A stretch of DNA of 32,000 nucleotides, taken from positions 1,110,001 through 1,142,000 of the forward strand of contig NC_014408.1 of NCBI RefSeq assembly GCF_000145295.1, given 5' to 3'. A model generated the notes under the pieces. That model was not told where the DNA came from, did not search any database, and worked only from the letters and a program-made list of their open reading frames with translations. A program made the translations under genes and the position numbers. Positions 1 through 10,024 of this stretch are shown here, piece after piece (the stretch's first letter is position 1; each line of letters begins with the position of its first letter). The DNA is from Methanothermobacter marburgensis str. Marburg. GTDB taxonomy: Archaea; Methanobacteriota; Methanobacteria; Methanobacteriales; Methanothermobacteraceae.

Positions 1-36
1 ATGGAGTCACCATGGCCACTACTGTGCCTTCAATCT

Positions 37-1257
37 TCATTCAAGAACACCCCTTACAAGTTCATACGCCTTTTTACCATCATTCCAGTCAACAAATATA
101 ACCACAGATGTCTGTGAGGATGAAATTTCAACTATGTTAAGGTCATTATCCCTGAGGGGCTTGGTGATCTCGGATATTATGCCCGGAGTGTCTATGAAGT
201 CAGGGCTGGATATGGTTATCATTGCAATATCCCTTCCCAGGGAGAGTGAACTGAGGTTATCATCTGCAATGACCACGTCATGGAGGAGCCTGTGCGCCTC
301 ATCGGCGTCCTTCTTATCAACGAATATTGTAACGGAGTTCTGGCCTGTTGAAATTCCTATGATGTTAATGGAGTTCTCTGCAAGCTTTGAGGTTAACTTT
401 GCCAGTATACCGGGCTTGTTGAGTATCTTCTCCCCCACAACTGCAACCACAGATATTGGTTCAGGGTTGAGGGTTGTTGTCTTGACCATCTTATTCTTTG
501 AAGGGCCTATGATTTCAGTGCCCGGGGCTGAGAGATCCCCATGCTCGAAACCTATGATCTTTGCATTGATATCCGGGTCCTTGTATTTCAGGGCATGTGG
601 GTGTAGTACTTGCGCCCCATGGGTTGCAAGATCCCTCATCTCCTCAACAGAGATCTTATCAAGCTTCTTTGCGCCCTGCAGTTTATTTGGATCCGTTGAC
701 ATTACGCCCCCAACATCGGTTACGATTATAACCTCATCCGCCTTCAGGCAGTGTCCCAGGAGGAAGGCTGTGATGTCACTTCCACCCCTTCCCAGGGTTG
801 TTATGTAACCATTGGGGTCCCTCCCAAGGAACCCGCACACCACCGGTATTATTCCCTGGTCGAGGAGTTTGAGGAGTTCCTTTGACTTCTTCTCGGTTGC
901 CTCAAAGTCCACCTTAGCATTTAAAAGGTTGCTGTCGGTTATTATTGGCCATTCATCCATGAATGGGTCTATGTATTCAGATTTAACTCCAAGTGCCTCT
1001 ATTGCAGAGGAGAATATCCTTACACTGGTCATTTCACCCATGGATACTATTTCAGCCAGCTGCTTTTCTGTAACAGCATCTTCCATTGCCTCATCAACTA
1101 TCTGAAGGAGTTCATCGGTTGTCTTATTGATGGCAGATACAACAACAACGACCTTCTTGCCCTTCATGTACTCCTTCACGACAGAACGGGCCGCTTTTTT
1201 AATTCGTCTACCATTTCCTATAGATGTACCGCCAAATTTAGCAACTATTAACTCCAT
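37..1257 (-). CDS. aspartate kinase (monofunctional, with C-terminal ACT-type regulatory repeats)
   Basis: 406-aa ORF. Amino-acid-kinase N-terminus [10 protein letters not shown], then VVVVSA and TLGRGGSD motifs. Two ACT-like repeats at the C-terminus. ATG at 1255-1257. Confidence 0.9.
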   Translation of the reverse strand: MELIVAKFGGTSIGNGRRIKKAARSVVKEYMKGKKVVVVVSAINKTTDELLQIVDEAMEDAVTEKQLAEIVSMGEMTSVRIFSSAIEALGVKSEYIDPFMDEWPIITDSNLLNAKVDFEATEKKSKELLKLLDQGIIPVVCGFLGRDPNGYITTLGRGGSDITAFLLGHCLKADEVIIVTDVGGVMSTDPNKLQGAKKLDKISVEEMRDLATHGAQVLHPHALKYKDPDINAKIIGFEHGDLSAPGTEIIGPSKNKMVKTTTLNPEPISVVAVVGEKILNKPGILAKLTSKLAENSINIIGISTGQNSVTIFVDKKDADEAHRLLHDVVIADDNLSSLSLGRDIAMITISSPDFIDTPGIISEITKPLRDNDLNIVEISSSQTSVVIFVDWNDGKKAYELVRGVLE

Positions 1258-1303
1258 TAACCTTCACAACCTTTTAAATGTTGAAAATGGAAAAAAATCA
1301 AAA

Positions 1304-1492
1304 TTATTTCTGCTGGCTGATTATCCTTGTGATGTAACCTGCTATCTTGTTCCTGAGGTGTTTTGTGCTGACTGTTGAGAACTCCTCCACAAGTTTCTTG
1401 TTTTTATCAAAATCAGATGTGAATTTACCTGGGTGAGTTTCTATCAGTTCTTTCGCGATTCTTTTTACAAAGGAAGTTCTTATGTTTCCCAT
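1304..1492 (-). CDS. rps17e: 30S ribosomal protein S17e
   Basis: 62-aa [21 protein letters not shown]...[12 protein letters not shown], which reads as typical archaeal S17e. The start lies 1 nt after the upstream gene's stop. An oligo-T tract follows the stop on the minus strand (complement of 1291-1297). Confidence 0.9.
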   Translation of the reverse strand: MGNIRTSFVKRIAKELIETHPGKFTSDFDKNKKLVEEFSTVSTKHLRNKIAGYITRIISQQK

Positions 1493-1493
1493 T

Positions 1494-1790
1494 TCATTGC
1501 CTCCTTAACAGTTCTTTCTGTTCAGTTTTGCTTAGATCCATCAGAATCTTCATCAGCTGTATGAGCTTATCCTCATTGATACCATAGGCCCTGGCGATTC
1601 TCCGGGTCCTCTCTATGATCTCAAGCTCCCTCTCAGGGTCGAATATTTCCATTCCCAGGGCAACTTTGGCCTCAGCTATCTCACGTGCAAGGGATGTCCG
1701 TGAGGATATGAGGTCAAGGATCTCCCTGTCTATTCTATCTATTTCCCTTCTGGACCTTTTAAGGGTTTCCAGTGCTCTGGATTCGTCCAT
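1494..1790 (-). CDS. chorismate mutase (AroQ class)
   Basis: ORF 1494..1826. The helical AroQ signature [36 protein letters not shown] is present. I prefer the internal ATG at 1788-1790, preceded by GGGGGAT (SD-like), over the GTG at 1824-1826. Confidence 0.8.
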   Translation of the reverse strand: MDESRALETLKRSRREIDRIDREILDLISSRTSLAREIAEAKVALGMEIFDPERELEIIERTRRIARAYGINEDKLIQLMKILMDLSKTEQKELLRRQ

Positions 1791-1831
1791 AAAACATCCC
1801 CCGAGCTTCAAAGCTTTAAGGGTCACCGGGA

Positions 1832-2692
1832 TCAGTCAAGCACATGTGTACCCTGGTTATCCACTGATGTTACAGTAACATTGCCCTCAAGGTTCTCCCA
1901 TGAATCAATGACCTTCCCTGCAGAATCTTCATCAGCCAGCGCCACAAAGGCCGGTCCTGTGCCTGAAAGACCCGCTGAGAGGGCACCTGCCTCAAGGGCA
2001 TCGAGGGCTATTCCCGGATCGAATCCCAGGGATGCACAATAGAGTATCCCGTTGAGTGTCAGTGCACTGTGCACCCTGCCCTCAAGGACCTCCCTGAAGG
2101 CCATGTCAACCCAGGGGGCCAGCAGTTTCATCCTCGGGACATCTGATTGTGCAGTCAGTGATTTTCTGTCCGGCATGTATATTAATACCTTTTGATTTTC
2201 CATTTCCCTCCTGCAGATTATACGCCTTGCCATGTTATCTGTCACGGTGAGGCCCCCATAGAATGATGCGCTTGCATCATCATAGGCCCCCGTAACCGTC
2301 ACCCCTGCCCTGAGGGATGCGTCCACTGCCATGTTGAGCATCTCACTTCCATCCATGGGTTCCAGCTGAAATTCCTCTGATATGAGTTCAGAAACCGCCA
2401 TCACGGTGGCATTGGATGCCGCGCTGCTGCTTGAAAGACCGCTCGCAACGGGTAAATCAGAGGCTGTGACCACCCTCACGCCAGTATCGGCGCCGTAATG
2501 CTCGAGGACCATCTCTGTGCATAGCTCTATGAGTGCTGTGTCCGCACCCTCAAGGGAGATGCACTCTATACCGGAATCTATGAGTTCTGCCTCTGCCCTG
2601 ACACTGAGGCCTATCCCGAATGCAGAGCCCCTTCCTGTTGCAATGGCATTTATAACCGTGGCTGATCCAGGTGCTCTTACTGCTTTTCTCAA
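1832..2692 (-). CDS. aroK: archaeal-type shikimate kinase (GHMP kinase family)
   Basis: 286 aa. N-terminus APGSATVINAIATGRGSA and GHMP phosphate-binding motif PVASGLSSSSAASNA. TTG start at 2690-2692 preceded by GGAGTGAT. Confidence 0.85.
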   Translation of the reverse strand: MRKAVRAPGSATVINAIATGRGSAFGIGLSVRAEAELIDSGIECISLEGADTALIELCTEMVLEHYGADTGVRVVTASDLPVASGLSSSSAASNATVMAVSELISEEFQLEPMDGSEMLNMAVDASLRAGVTVTGAYDDASASFYGGLTVTDNMARRIICRREMENQKVLIYMPDRKSLTAQSDVPRMKLLAPWVDMAFREVLEGRVHSALTLNGILYCASLGFDPGIALDALEAGALSAGLSGTGPAFVALADEDSAGKVIDSWENLEGNVTVTSVDNQGTHVLD

Positions 2693-2720
2693 CCTATCAC
2701 TCCAAACAGTTCATATACCT

Positions 2721-2747
2721 AGATTATATAAAACTATTTATATAAGG
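2721..2747. promoter_or_regulatory. TATA-rich divergent promoter region between aroK (-) and sppA (+)
   Basis: agattatataaaactatttatataagg contains TTTATATA-like archaeal TATA boxes readable on both strands, 25-70 nt from the two divergent start codons. Confidence 0.35.
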
Positions 2748-2815
2748 GGTTGCAGTCTAATTAATACAAAAACAGGAAAGTTTAGGATGGGAGGTAAATC
2801 CGAAGGTCTGATATC

Positions 2816-3679
2816 ATGGACAGAAACGGTAAGATTATTGCTGGTTTAATTGTGGTTCTATCAATTTCAGGGCTGGTCATGTCAATTTCAGGGTTCATCG
2901 GCGAAGCTGAAGGTACTGTGGCAATCATACCGGTTCACGGGGCCATAGCCTATGATTCAGCAGGGTTTTCTGATGCTGTAAGCCCTGATGACATAAAGAA
3001 TCTTATCGAGGAGGCCAATAGTGATCCGTCAGTTAAGGCCATAGTCCTGGATATAAACAGTCCAGGAGGGACTCCAGTTGCGAGTGAGGAACTGATGGAT
3101 GCCATAAAAAAATCTGAAAAACCTGTTGTAAGCTGGATAAGCGATTCCGGAACCTCAGGGGCATACCTTGCAGCCTCGGCATCTGACAGGATAGTTGCAA
3201 GTCCATCTGCATGGGTCGGGAGCATAGGTGTCATACTTGACCTCACAGACCTCTCTGAGATGTACAGACAGATGGGTATAAACAAGTATGCAATAAAGGC
3301 CGGGGAGTACAAGGATATGGGTGCGGATTACCGTATGATAACCGATGAGGAGAGGCAGATGCTCCAGTCAATGGTAAATGAGGAGTATGACTACTTCATA
3401 AGGACCGTTGCTGCCAACAGAAACCTCAGCGTATCATATGTGCGTGGCCTTGCAGAGGGAAGGATATTCACTGGAAGACAGGCCCTGAAGAACCGGCTTG
3501 TGGATTATACCGGTGGAAGGGACTATGCTGTTGATGTGGCGGCTAAACTTGCAGGTTTAAAGAACTATGACACCGTAACCCTCGAGCCACCAGGTGGATT
3601 CGTGAAGATCCTCTCAAGCATGTTCTCAAAGCTTGGATCTGCAGGTTCAGCAAATACAACAGAACACCTCAAGATCTAA
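2816..3679 (+). CDS. sppA: signal peptide peptidase SppA, 36K type (S49 family)
   Basis: 287 aa with an N-terminal transmembrane anchor (IIAGLIVVLSISGLVMSISGF). S49 motifs LDINSPGGT and SGTSGAYLAASASD. Confidence 0.85.
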   Translation: MDRNGKIIAGLIVVLSISGLVMSISGFIGEAEGTVAIIPVHGAIAYDSAGFSDAVSPDDIKNLIEEANSDPSVKAIVLDINSPGGTPVASEELMDAIKKSEKPVVSWISDSGTSGAYLAASASDRIVASPSAWVGSIGVILDLTDLSEMYRQMGINKYAIKAGEYKDMGADYRMITDEERQMLQSMVNEEYDYFIRTVAANRNLSVSYVRGLAEGRIFTGRQALKNRLVDYTGGRDYAVDVAAKLAGLKNYDTVTLEPPGGFVKILSSMFSKLGSAGSANTTEHLKI

Positions 3680-3746
3680 GAAAAAAAGGACAGTACTGGA
3701 TCCTCAAGTTCAGCAATACAACAAAACAGCAAAAAGATCTAAGAAA
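3635..3746 (+). repeat. imperfect tandem duplication (period 63 nt) of the sppA 3' end including its stop codon
   Basis: ggatctgcaggttcagcaaatacaacagaacacctcaagatctaagaaa (3635-3683) recurs as ggatcctcaagttcagcaatacaacaaaacagcaaaaagatctaagaaa (3698-3746). Hand alignment gives roughly 80% identity. Confidence 0.7.
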
Positions 3747-3815
3747 GAATAAAAGGATAAGTATTTATCCTAAAAGGAGTGAAGAATTATATATCATTCT
3801 CACGGAGGTTAGGAA

Positions 3816-4073
3816 ATGGTTGTTAAGATAGAGGTTTTCACATCCCCAACCTGTCCCTACTGTCCAATGGCGATTGAGGTTGTTGATGAGGCCAAGAAGG
3901 AATTCGGGGACAAAATAGATGTTGAAAAAATTGACATAATGGTTGACCGGGAGAAGGCAATTGACTATGGTCTCATGGCAGTCCCTGCAATAGCTATAAA
4001 CGGCGTTGTGAGGTTCGTTGGGGCCCCTGGTAGGGAGGAACTCTTCGAAGCCATAAGCGACGAAATAGAATAG
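3816..4073 (+). CDS. small thioredoxin/glutaredoxin-like redox protein (CPYC active site)
   Basis: 85 aa, MVVKIEVFTSPTCPYCPMA...; thioredoxin fold size. GGAGGT RBS at 3804-3809. It resembles the Methanothermobacter Mt0807 thioredoxin as I recall it. Confidence 0.9.
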   Translation: MVVKIEVFTSPTCPYCPMAIEVVDEAKKEFGDKIDVEKIDIMVDREKAIDYGLMAVPAIAINGVVRFVGAPGREELFEAISDEIE

Positions 4074-4111
4074 ATTACTTTTTCTTCATTAAATTTTAAA
4101 GGATTTTTCTG

Positions 4112-5215
4112 ATGAAGGATGAGAGGGTATTCGGGATCACTACGGGGACAGCTGCCACTGCAGCGGCCCTCGCATCACTTCTATGTTTAAGGGATCGTGT
4201 GGTTAAAAGAGTAAATGTTGAAACCCCTTCAGGAAAAATCGATGTGGACGTTGATTCTGTTGAAAGGATCTCCCAGGACACGGCAAGGGCCAGTGTAATA
4301 AAGAGGCCCTACGGAGACCCTGATGTCACAGTGAACCTCAGCATCATGGCAGAGGTTCAGATCACAGGAACATCTGGAGTCTTAATCAGGGGCGGTGAGG
4401 GTGTCGGTACCGTGACAAAGCCGGGACTCCAGGTCCCCCCGGGTGAGGCTGCAATAAACCCCGTCCCCAGGAGAATGATAGAGGATAATCTGAGAAGATA
4501 CCTCAGGAATGGCGAGGGGGCGATTGTCACGGTTTCGGTTCCCGAGGGGGAGAAAATCGCATCAAAAACCATGAACCCCCGCCTCGGGATTGAGGGGGGT
4601 ATCTCCATCCTGGGGACAAGTGGCATTGCAAGACCCATGTCCTCCTCAGCCTACAGGAGATCCCTTGCATGTCAGATTGACATTGCAGTCGCCCGTGGGT
4701 TCAGGGAACTCGTATTCGTCCCTGGTAACATAGGGGAAAGGTTTGCCAGGGAATACTTCAAGCGGATTGAAGAGGAGCGAATAATACAGATGGCCAACTT
4801 CCCGGGTTACATGCTGGGGGAGGCCGCCAAAAAGGGTGTGAAGAGGATCATACTGATGGGCCATGCAGGTAAACTCATAAAGCTCTCTGCGGGGATATTC
4901 CAGACAAAGAACTCCATTGCAGATGCCCGACGCGAGATAATGACAGCACATGCTGCCCTCAGCGGTGCAGCGCCAGAGGTTACAGAAAGGATCTTCAACC
5001 TTCCAACCGTTGAGGAGATGATCAGTGAACTCGAAAGGGCAGGACTGATGGAGGAGGTATTCAACAGCATCAGCAAATCAATAAGGGAGAGGTGTTCTGA
5101 AAGGTTCCCATTTGAAACCGACGTTTTGATCTTCAGCCTGGATGGTAGAATACTCAACTCCAGCTTTAAAACCACACCTGCCCACAGATTCAGGGACGGC
5201 GATCATAATCGTTAG
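4112..5215 (+). CDS. cbiD: cobalt-precorrin-5B (C1)-methyltransferase CbiD
   Basis: 367 aa with the characteristic N-terminus [16 protein letters not shown] and a size typical of CbiD. Confidence 0.85.
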   Translation: MKDERVFGITTGTAATAAALASLLCLRDRVVKRVNVETPSGKIDVDVDSVERISQDTARASVIKRPYGDPDVTVNLSIMAEVQITGTSGVLIRGGEGVGTVTKPGLQVPPGEAAINPVPRRMIEDNLRRYLRNGEGAIVTVSVPEGEKIASKTMNPRLGIEGGISILGTSGIARPMSSSAYRRSLACQIDIAVARGFRELVFVPGNIGERFAREYFKRIEEERIIQMANFPGYMLGEAAKKGVKRIILMGHAGKLIKLSAGIFQTKNSIADARREIMTAHAALSGAAPEVTERIFNLPTVEEMISELERAGLMEEVFNSISKSIRERCSERFPFETDVLIFSLDGRILNSSFKTTPAHRFRDGDHNR

Positions 5216-5278
5216 ATACCTTCAATAATAGTGATACGATTAGATGTAGACTTTTATCAACTGATGGTAGTGGTTCGC

Positions 5279-5764
5279 ATGAAAGGATTTACCCACACAG
5301 ATGGAAAATCTGTACGTATGGTTGATGTGGGCTCGAAGGCGGTTGTCAGAAGGACGGCGACCGCTGAAGGTCACATATCACTCACAGAGGATACTCTGAA
5401 ATTGATCAGGAAAAAAAGGATTGAGAAGGGAAACGTTCTTGTAACGGCCCAGATAGCAGCCATAGCTGCGGTTAAACGGACCTGGGACCTCATACCCCTC
5501 TGTCACCCGCTTCCTGTAACAGGGGTTGATGTTGAATTCGATGTTACGGCTGACGGGATCACCGCCAGGGTGACTGTGAGGTGCGATGGAAAAACAGGTG
5601 TTGAAATGGAGGCCCTTACAGGGGTTTCTGTGGCCCTCCTTACAATCTGGGACATGGTCAAAAGTGTTGAGAAGGACGAGGATGGCCAGTACCCTGAAAC
5701 TGCAATCAGTAATATCAGGGTCCTTAAAAAGGAGAAGGCAGAACTGGAAGAAGTGGTTGAATGA
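5279..5764 (+). CDS. moaC: cyclic pyranopterin monophosphate synthase MoaC
   Basis: ORF 5231..5764. MoaC motifs [36 protein letters not shown] and [20 protein letters not shown]. The ATG at 5279 gives the usual length of about 161 aa. The stop overlaps the hel308 ATG (ATGA at 5761-5764). Confidence 0.88.
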   Translation: MKGFTHTDGKSVRMVDVGSKAVVRRTATAEGHISLTEDTLKLIRKKRIEKGNVLVTAQIAAIAAVKRTWDLIPLCHPLPVTGVDVEFDVTADGITARVTVRCDGKTGVEMEALTGVSVALLTIWDMVKSVEKDEDGQYPETAISNIRVLKKEKAELEEVVE

Positions 5765-7842
5765 AATTTCTGAACCCTGAGCTGCGGAAGATCATCACCG
5801 ACTGCTACCCATATATAGAATCCCTGAACCCCGCCCAGATGAGTGCTGTTGAGGCAGGTTACCTGGAATCAGATGAAAATTTCATCATAGCCATACCAAC
5901 TGCCAGTGGAAAGACCCTCCTGGGAGTTCTGGCTGCCATTCAAGCCATAATGGACGGTGGGCGGGTTATCTACACCGTACCACTCATATCAATACAGAAT
6001 GAAAAGGTAAAGGAGTTCAGGGAGCTTGAAAAGCACGGTATAAGTGTGGGTAAGGATCCCCGAACCTCTGACCTGGCGGTGATGGTCTTCGAATCCTTTG
6101 ATAGCCTCACCCGATTCTCATGGAACACCCTGAGGGAGATTGACCTTCTCATAGTGGACGAGTTCCATATGATCGGGGAGTACAGCAGGGGCCCTGTAAT
6201 AGAATCCGCCATCACAAGGGCCAGAAAACTGAATCCCGCAATGCGCATTGTGGCCCTCTCAGCTACCCTCTCAAATATGGATGAAATAGGGGAGTGGCTC
6301 GGTGCAAGAATCGTTGAACACGACTACAGACCGGTACCCCTGCACCGGGAGGTGCTTGACACCGAGATGTTCGGGGCCCGGGACAAGAATCAGGTTGTCC
6401 TGAAGATCCTTGAGAGGTCCATCAGTGAGGATAGCCAGACCCTGGCATTCGTATCCACAAGGAGGTTCACAGAATCCCTTGCATCCTACCTTGCAGATAG
6501 GATCAAAAAGAAGATCCCGGGGGACCTGCTGGAGAGATTCGATGAGGTGGCAGAGAGGATACTTGACGTGCCAAGGGCCAGCGGCTCACCCCCAACATCC
6601 ACCTGCCTGAAACTTGCAGACTGCATCAGGGCAGGGGTTGCATTCCACCATGCAGGCCTCTTCAACAGGCAGCGGGAAATAATAGAGGACGAATTCAGGA
6701 GGGGCAACATCCTCATGATCACAGCAACTCCCAGCCTCATGTACGGGGTGAACCTTCCCTCAAGGACCGTTGTGATAAGGGACTACACCAGGTGGACAGG
6801 GCAGGGCCCCCAGAGGATCCCTGTATTTGATTATGAGCAGATGTCAGGGAGGGCCGGGAGACCACTCTATGATGATATCGGCTACTCCTACCTCATAGCA
6901 AAGAGCCATGACGAGGCCATGGAACTCGAGGAGTACTATGTGAATGGTGAGGTGGAGAGGACCAACTCGAGGCTAATGGAGAACCGGGATGCCCTCTACA
7001 GGCAGATAATCGCACAGGTGGCCTCAGGACTTGCATCCACAACTGAAGATCTTCTTGAATTCTTCAGGGAAACCTTCTACGGCTACCAGATGAGTGAGGG
7101 TCCCTTCAGCAATGCATTCGGCCTGGACAGCATTCAGTACGAAATAGAAACCGCCACAGAGTTTTTAATCAAGAACAGGATCATATATCCTGGTCCCAGT
7201 GGCTTATCAGCGACAGAATTCGGGATTCTGATTGCAAAATCCAGTTACTCTGTTGAGACAGCCGTCAAACTCCACCAGTTCGCATCTGAAATGGATGAAC
7301 TCGACATCTACCGCCTCATCTACGAGCTGGCAGGGACCCCCGACATTCCACTCATACCATTCAAGGGGCGGAAGAGCCGCGACCCTGTACGTGAGAGGCT
7401 CATGGAACATGGAATATTTGTCATGGATGCCGGTAATAGCGAGGCAACAGCAGCAGCCCTCATTGAGTGGATAAACGAAAGAACAGAGTATGAGATTGAG
7501 AACGCCTTCAATGTCTATGCTGCATCAACAAGAAGAACCGCATACGAGGCATCAAGGCTCGTTAAGTTCTTCAAGAGGATCTGTGAAATCCAGGGCGTTT
7601 ATGGTTACACAGGGAAACTTGATGTTCTGGCTGCAAGACTCTACTATGGAGTCAGGGAGGACATCATTCCACTGGTGGTTGGTGTGAGGGGCCTTGGACG
7701 TGTCAGGGCCCGTAAGATTGTTGAAACCTTTGGGGAGGACCTCAGACATGTGCGGAAGGATGAACTCAAACGTATCGATGGTATCGGGGAAAAACTCGCC
7801 GAGGCCATTAGAGGATATGCTGAGAGATCCTGCCAGTCTTAA
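5761..7842 (+). CDS. hel308: Hel308/Ski2-like ATP-dependent DNA helicase
   Basis: 693 aa. Walker A IPTASGKT, DExH box VDEFH, SAT motif LSATL, motif VI MSGRAGR and a C-terminal HhH-like [13 protein letters not shown]. Confidence 0.9.
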   Translation: MKFLNPELRKIITDCYPYIESLNPAQMSAVEAGYLESDENFIIAIPTASGKTLLGVLAAIQAIMDGGRVIYTVPLISIQNEKVKEFRELEKHGISVGKDPRTSDLAVMVFESFDSLTRFSWNTLREIDLLIVDEFHMIGEYSRGPVIESAITRARKLNPAMRIVALSATLSNMDEIGEWLGARIVEHDYRPVPLHREVLDTEMFGARDKNQVVLKILERSISEDSQTLAFVSTRRFTESLASYLADRIKKKIPGDLLERFDEVAERILDVPRASGSPPTSTCLKLADCIRAGVAFHHAGLFNRQREIIEDEFRRGNILMITATPSLMYGVNLPSRTVVIRDYTRWTGQGPQRIPVFDYEQMSGRAGRPLYDDIGYSYLIAKSHDEAMELEEYYVNGEVERTNSRLMENRDALYRQIIAQVASGLASTTEDLLEFFRETFYGYQMSEGPFSNAFGLDSIQYEIETATEFLIKNRIIYPGPSGLSATEFGILIAKSSYSVETAVKLHQFASEMDELDIYRLIYELAGTPDIPLIPFKGRKSRDPVRERLMEHGIFVMDAGNSEATAAALIEWINERTEYEIENAFNVYAASTRRTAYEASRLVKFFKRICEIQGVYGYTGKLDVLAARLYYGVREDIIPLVVGVRGLGRVRARKIVETFGEDLRHVRKDELKRIDGIGEKLAEAIRGYAERSCQS

Positions 7843-8317
7843 AACCATTTTAAGGGAGTGTGCAGCGTCCATCAGCATATTTGACATCATAAGGATCCGT
7901 GAATTCATTGAGAGGGAATGTGCCCACGTTCCCAGAGGGTACAGGGAGGCCTATATAAAAACCTATACTGGAATTGCTGTTGAAGCTGTTCTGGCTCTTA
8001 AAGGTGGTGTGGGAGATATCACTGCAGATAGAAAAAGCCTTCTGAGGACACTGAAAAGACTATATGATACCTCCAGCCCCCTTATTGTGGTTTTAACCGT
8101 TATTTACAGGAATTTTATCCTTTCAGAACCCCTCCACCCTGTGGGGACTCCTTTTCCCGGTAGCTACTCAGTTACAGAGGAACATGGGACATACTACTGC
8201 CCTGTGAAGGATAAGCAGAAGGATAATCCATCAGCGCTGTGTGATATCTGCATTGCAGAGCAGACCCCCATGACTCAGGAGATGACTTCTGATCGTGAGA
8301 AACCTGTGAAACCCTAA
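7817..8317 (+). CDS. UPF0305 (DUF2115) family protein, paralogue 1
   Basis: ORF 7694..8317. The last in-frame ATG that keeps the conserved body is 7817, which overlaps hel308 by 26 nt. The C-terminal motif EPLHPVGTPFPGSYSV...YYCPVKDKQKDNPSALCDIC is shared with the next gene. Confidence 0.7.
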   Translation: MLRDPASLKTILRECAASISIFDIIRIREFIERECAHVPRGYREAYIKTYTGIAVEAVLALKGGVGDITADRKSLLRTLKRLYDTSSPLIVVLTVIYRNFILSEPLHPVGTPFPGSYSVTEEHGTYYCPVKDKQKDNPSALCDICIAEQTPMTQEMTSDREKPVKP

Positions 8318-8329
8318 AGGAGGACCTCA

Positions 8330-8866
8330 ATGATCCGGGCGGATGAGATTCCAGAGAAACTGACAAAAATGGAGCTCCTTGAGATGGTTAAAAAGGAGGC
8401 CTCGTCGGTACATATAAAGGATGTGATGGACGCATCGGTTTACCTGAGGGAAGATGCCAAATACATGCCACCAAGGGAGCAGAAGGAGTTCATTGAAAGG
8501 TTCACCAGGGCCTTCTTCAACAGGATAAGGGATATAAAGAATGATAAAAACATCTACCCTGGAGATGTTGATACCGAAAAACTGGCTGAATTCATAGGGT
8601 TCCTTGATGAACAGTTAAGGCGTGCCAGGTCACGGCCTGAAAGGTGTTTCCAGAGGATCGCCCGTATAATAACCATCTACGTAACCTTTGTGAGGGAGGA
8701 ACCAGTCCACCCTGTTGGAACCCGCTTCCCAGGAGGCTTGAGGGTTAGAAGGGTGGGTGACGTCTTCTACTGCCCTGTGAAGGACAGGCAGATCAGCACC
8801 CCCACCGCCCTCTGCCGTTTCTGTGTGAGCAGGCAGGACCCTGATGTTTCAGGAGGTCATTCATAG
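8330..8866 (+). CDS. UPF0305 (DUF2115) family protein, paralogue 2
   Basis: 178 aa. AAGGAGGA RBS at 8317-8324. Motif EPVHPVGTRFPGGLRV...FYCPVKDRQISTPTALCRFC is collinear with paralogue 1. Confidence 0.8.
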   Translation: MIRADEIPEKLTKMELLEMVKKEASSVHIKDVMDASVYLREDAKYMPPREQKEFIERFTRAFFNRIRDIKNDKNIYPGDVDTEKLAEFIGFLDEQLRRARSRPERCFQRIARIITIYVTFVREEPVHPVGTRFPGGLRVRRVGDVFYCPVKDRQISTPTALCRFCVSRQDPDVSGGHS

Positions 8867-9369
8867 AGAAGAAGGCCGATACCATCAATGACCAGTGAAA
8901 GACCAATCAGCCAGGCAAGGAAAACAGGGTTTCTTACGAATACTCCCAGAATGATGTAAAGGACTCCCAGAACCACCACTGATAGACCTGCAACCATTCC
9001 TGCTCTGTGCTCCCTGGAGAATAAACTTGCAACACCTGCGATTATTAGGATTATACCTGTGAGGTATATCCAGAATGCTGCAAGGAAACTGAATAGTGTC
9101 ACGTTACCTGCAAGGGCAGCTGCAAGTATCACGCCAAGTATTCCCAGCACAACATAAAGCACACCGGCCCCTCTGCTAACCTTCCATGCGTTCATGCCAA
9201 GAAGGAACAGCCAGAGCGCCAGAAAGAGAACCGCAACACCTGTGAGGACACTCAGTGTGAATATTGAAAACAGCGGAAATATTATCACAAGAATACCCAG
9301 AATCAGTGTTAAAAGACCCGGAAGTTTTGTCTCAGCCACAATTTCACCCCCTTTAAATTTTGTATTCAT
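8857..9369 (-). CDS. integral membrane protein (HdeD/DUF308-like, about 6 transmembrane segments)
   Basis: 170 aa, almost entirely hydrophobic with repeated G/L/I/V-rich helices. Its 3' end overlaps the convergent gene by 10 nt. Confidence 0.7.
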   Translation of the reverse strand: MNTKFKGGEIVAETKLPGLLTLILGILVIIFPLFSIFTLSVLTGVAVLFLALWLFLLGMNAWKVSRGAGVLYVVLGILGVILAAALAGNVTLFSFLAAFWIYLTGIILIIAGVASLFSREHRAGMVAGLSVVVLGVLYIILGVFVRNPVFLAWLIGLSLVIDGIGLLLYE

Positions 9370-9446
9370 ATATGAATTTCAGTTACTCTGTTTGTATTCA
9401 GATAGAAATTTCAATATAAACTCGCCAAAAAAGGATTTGGTGGAGT

Positions 9447-9761
9447 TCATCCACCTCCGTCACAGACCTCTGAACCCATATCAATGTCTTCAAAGTCCTC
9501 TTTCATCCTCTTAAGCTTTTCAACGGTATCTGTTTCTCTTCCTTTTCCAGATCCCCTCTTAAGCTGGGATCTGTCGATTACCTCCAGGTAATTCGCGTTG
9601 TACCATAGATCAGAATCTTCAAAGCGGACCCAACCATCACCATCTTCAACCTTGATGGCTGAGATCTCACCCGTCGTTCCGGTACCTGTGTAACGGACAG
9701 CCATACCAACCGTCAGCACATTCCCGTTTACGTCCTTAACCTCCATTGTATCCACCATCAT
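9447..9761 (-). CDS. conserved archaeal protein of unknown function (DUF2098-like)
   Basis: 104 aa. N-terminal beta-rich region (VGMAVRYTGTGTTGEISAIKVEDGDGWVRFEDSDLWY), then a charged tail ending CDGGG. The ATG overlaps the upstream stop (ATGA at 9758-9761). An alternative ATG at 9746 lies behind GGTGGA. Confidence 0.6.
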   Translation of the reverse strand: MMVDTMEVKDVNGNVLTVGMAVRYTGTGTTGEISAIKVEDGDGWVRFEDSDLWYNANYLEVIDRSQLKRGSGKGRETDTVEKLKRMKEDFEDIDMGSEVCDGGG

Positions 9762-10024
9762 TCAGGTGAAACTTCCTTTGACTCATCTTCAGGGGCCTCT
9801 TCCGCCTCATCAGCGGCTATTTTAAGTATCACATAGTCTCCAACCCTGCTCACGTTGTCCATGCCAACAATGAATGTCCTCTGTTTAAGGGACAGCTCCC
9901 CCTTGGATATTATGATGGAATTCACAACACCCTTCTCAGGGTCCAGTTCAAGGTCAGAGACCTTCCCTATCTCCATCGCATTCTTATCCAGCACCTTACG
10001 ACCCAGGAACTCCGTTACCTTCAT
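9758..10024 (-). CDS. PRC-barrel domain protein
   Basis: ORF 9758..10054. [35 protein letters not shown] is typical of PRC barrels, followed by an acidic C-terminal tail. I prefer the ATG at 10022-10024, preceded by GGTG. Confidence 0.7.
   Translation of the reverse strand: MKVTEFLGRKVLDKNAMEIGKVSDLELDPEKGVVNSIIISKGELSLKQRTFIVGMDNVSRVGDYVILKIAADEAEEAPEDESKEVSPE

Noticed and set aside
134-808. A 224-aa ORF on the plus strand, antisense to the aspartate kinase gene. Other long antisense ORFs occur at 22214-22744, 26522-27145, 27802-28320, 28742-29263 and 4807-5175.
   Set aside because: Each lies entirely inside a well-supported gene on the opposite strand. They have Ser/Pro/Thr/Leu-rich low-complexity composition, no recognisable motifs and no SD-like sequence, which is typical of shadow ORFs.
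5586-5780. A 64-aa alternative-frame ORF spanning the moaC/hel308 junction.
   Set aside because: It is embedded in the conserved C-terminal part of MoaC in another frame, with no independent signal.
7694-7816. An N-terminal extension of the first UPF0305 ORF, overlapping hel308 by 149 nt.
   Set aside because: The extension has no counterpart in the paralogue and would create an implausibly long overlap. The ATG at 7817 gives a protein collinear with paralogue 2.
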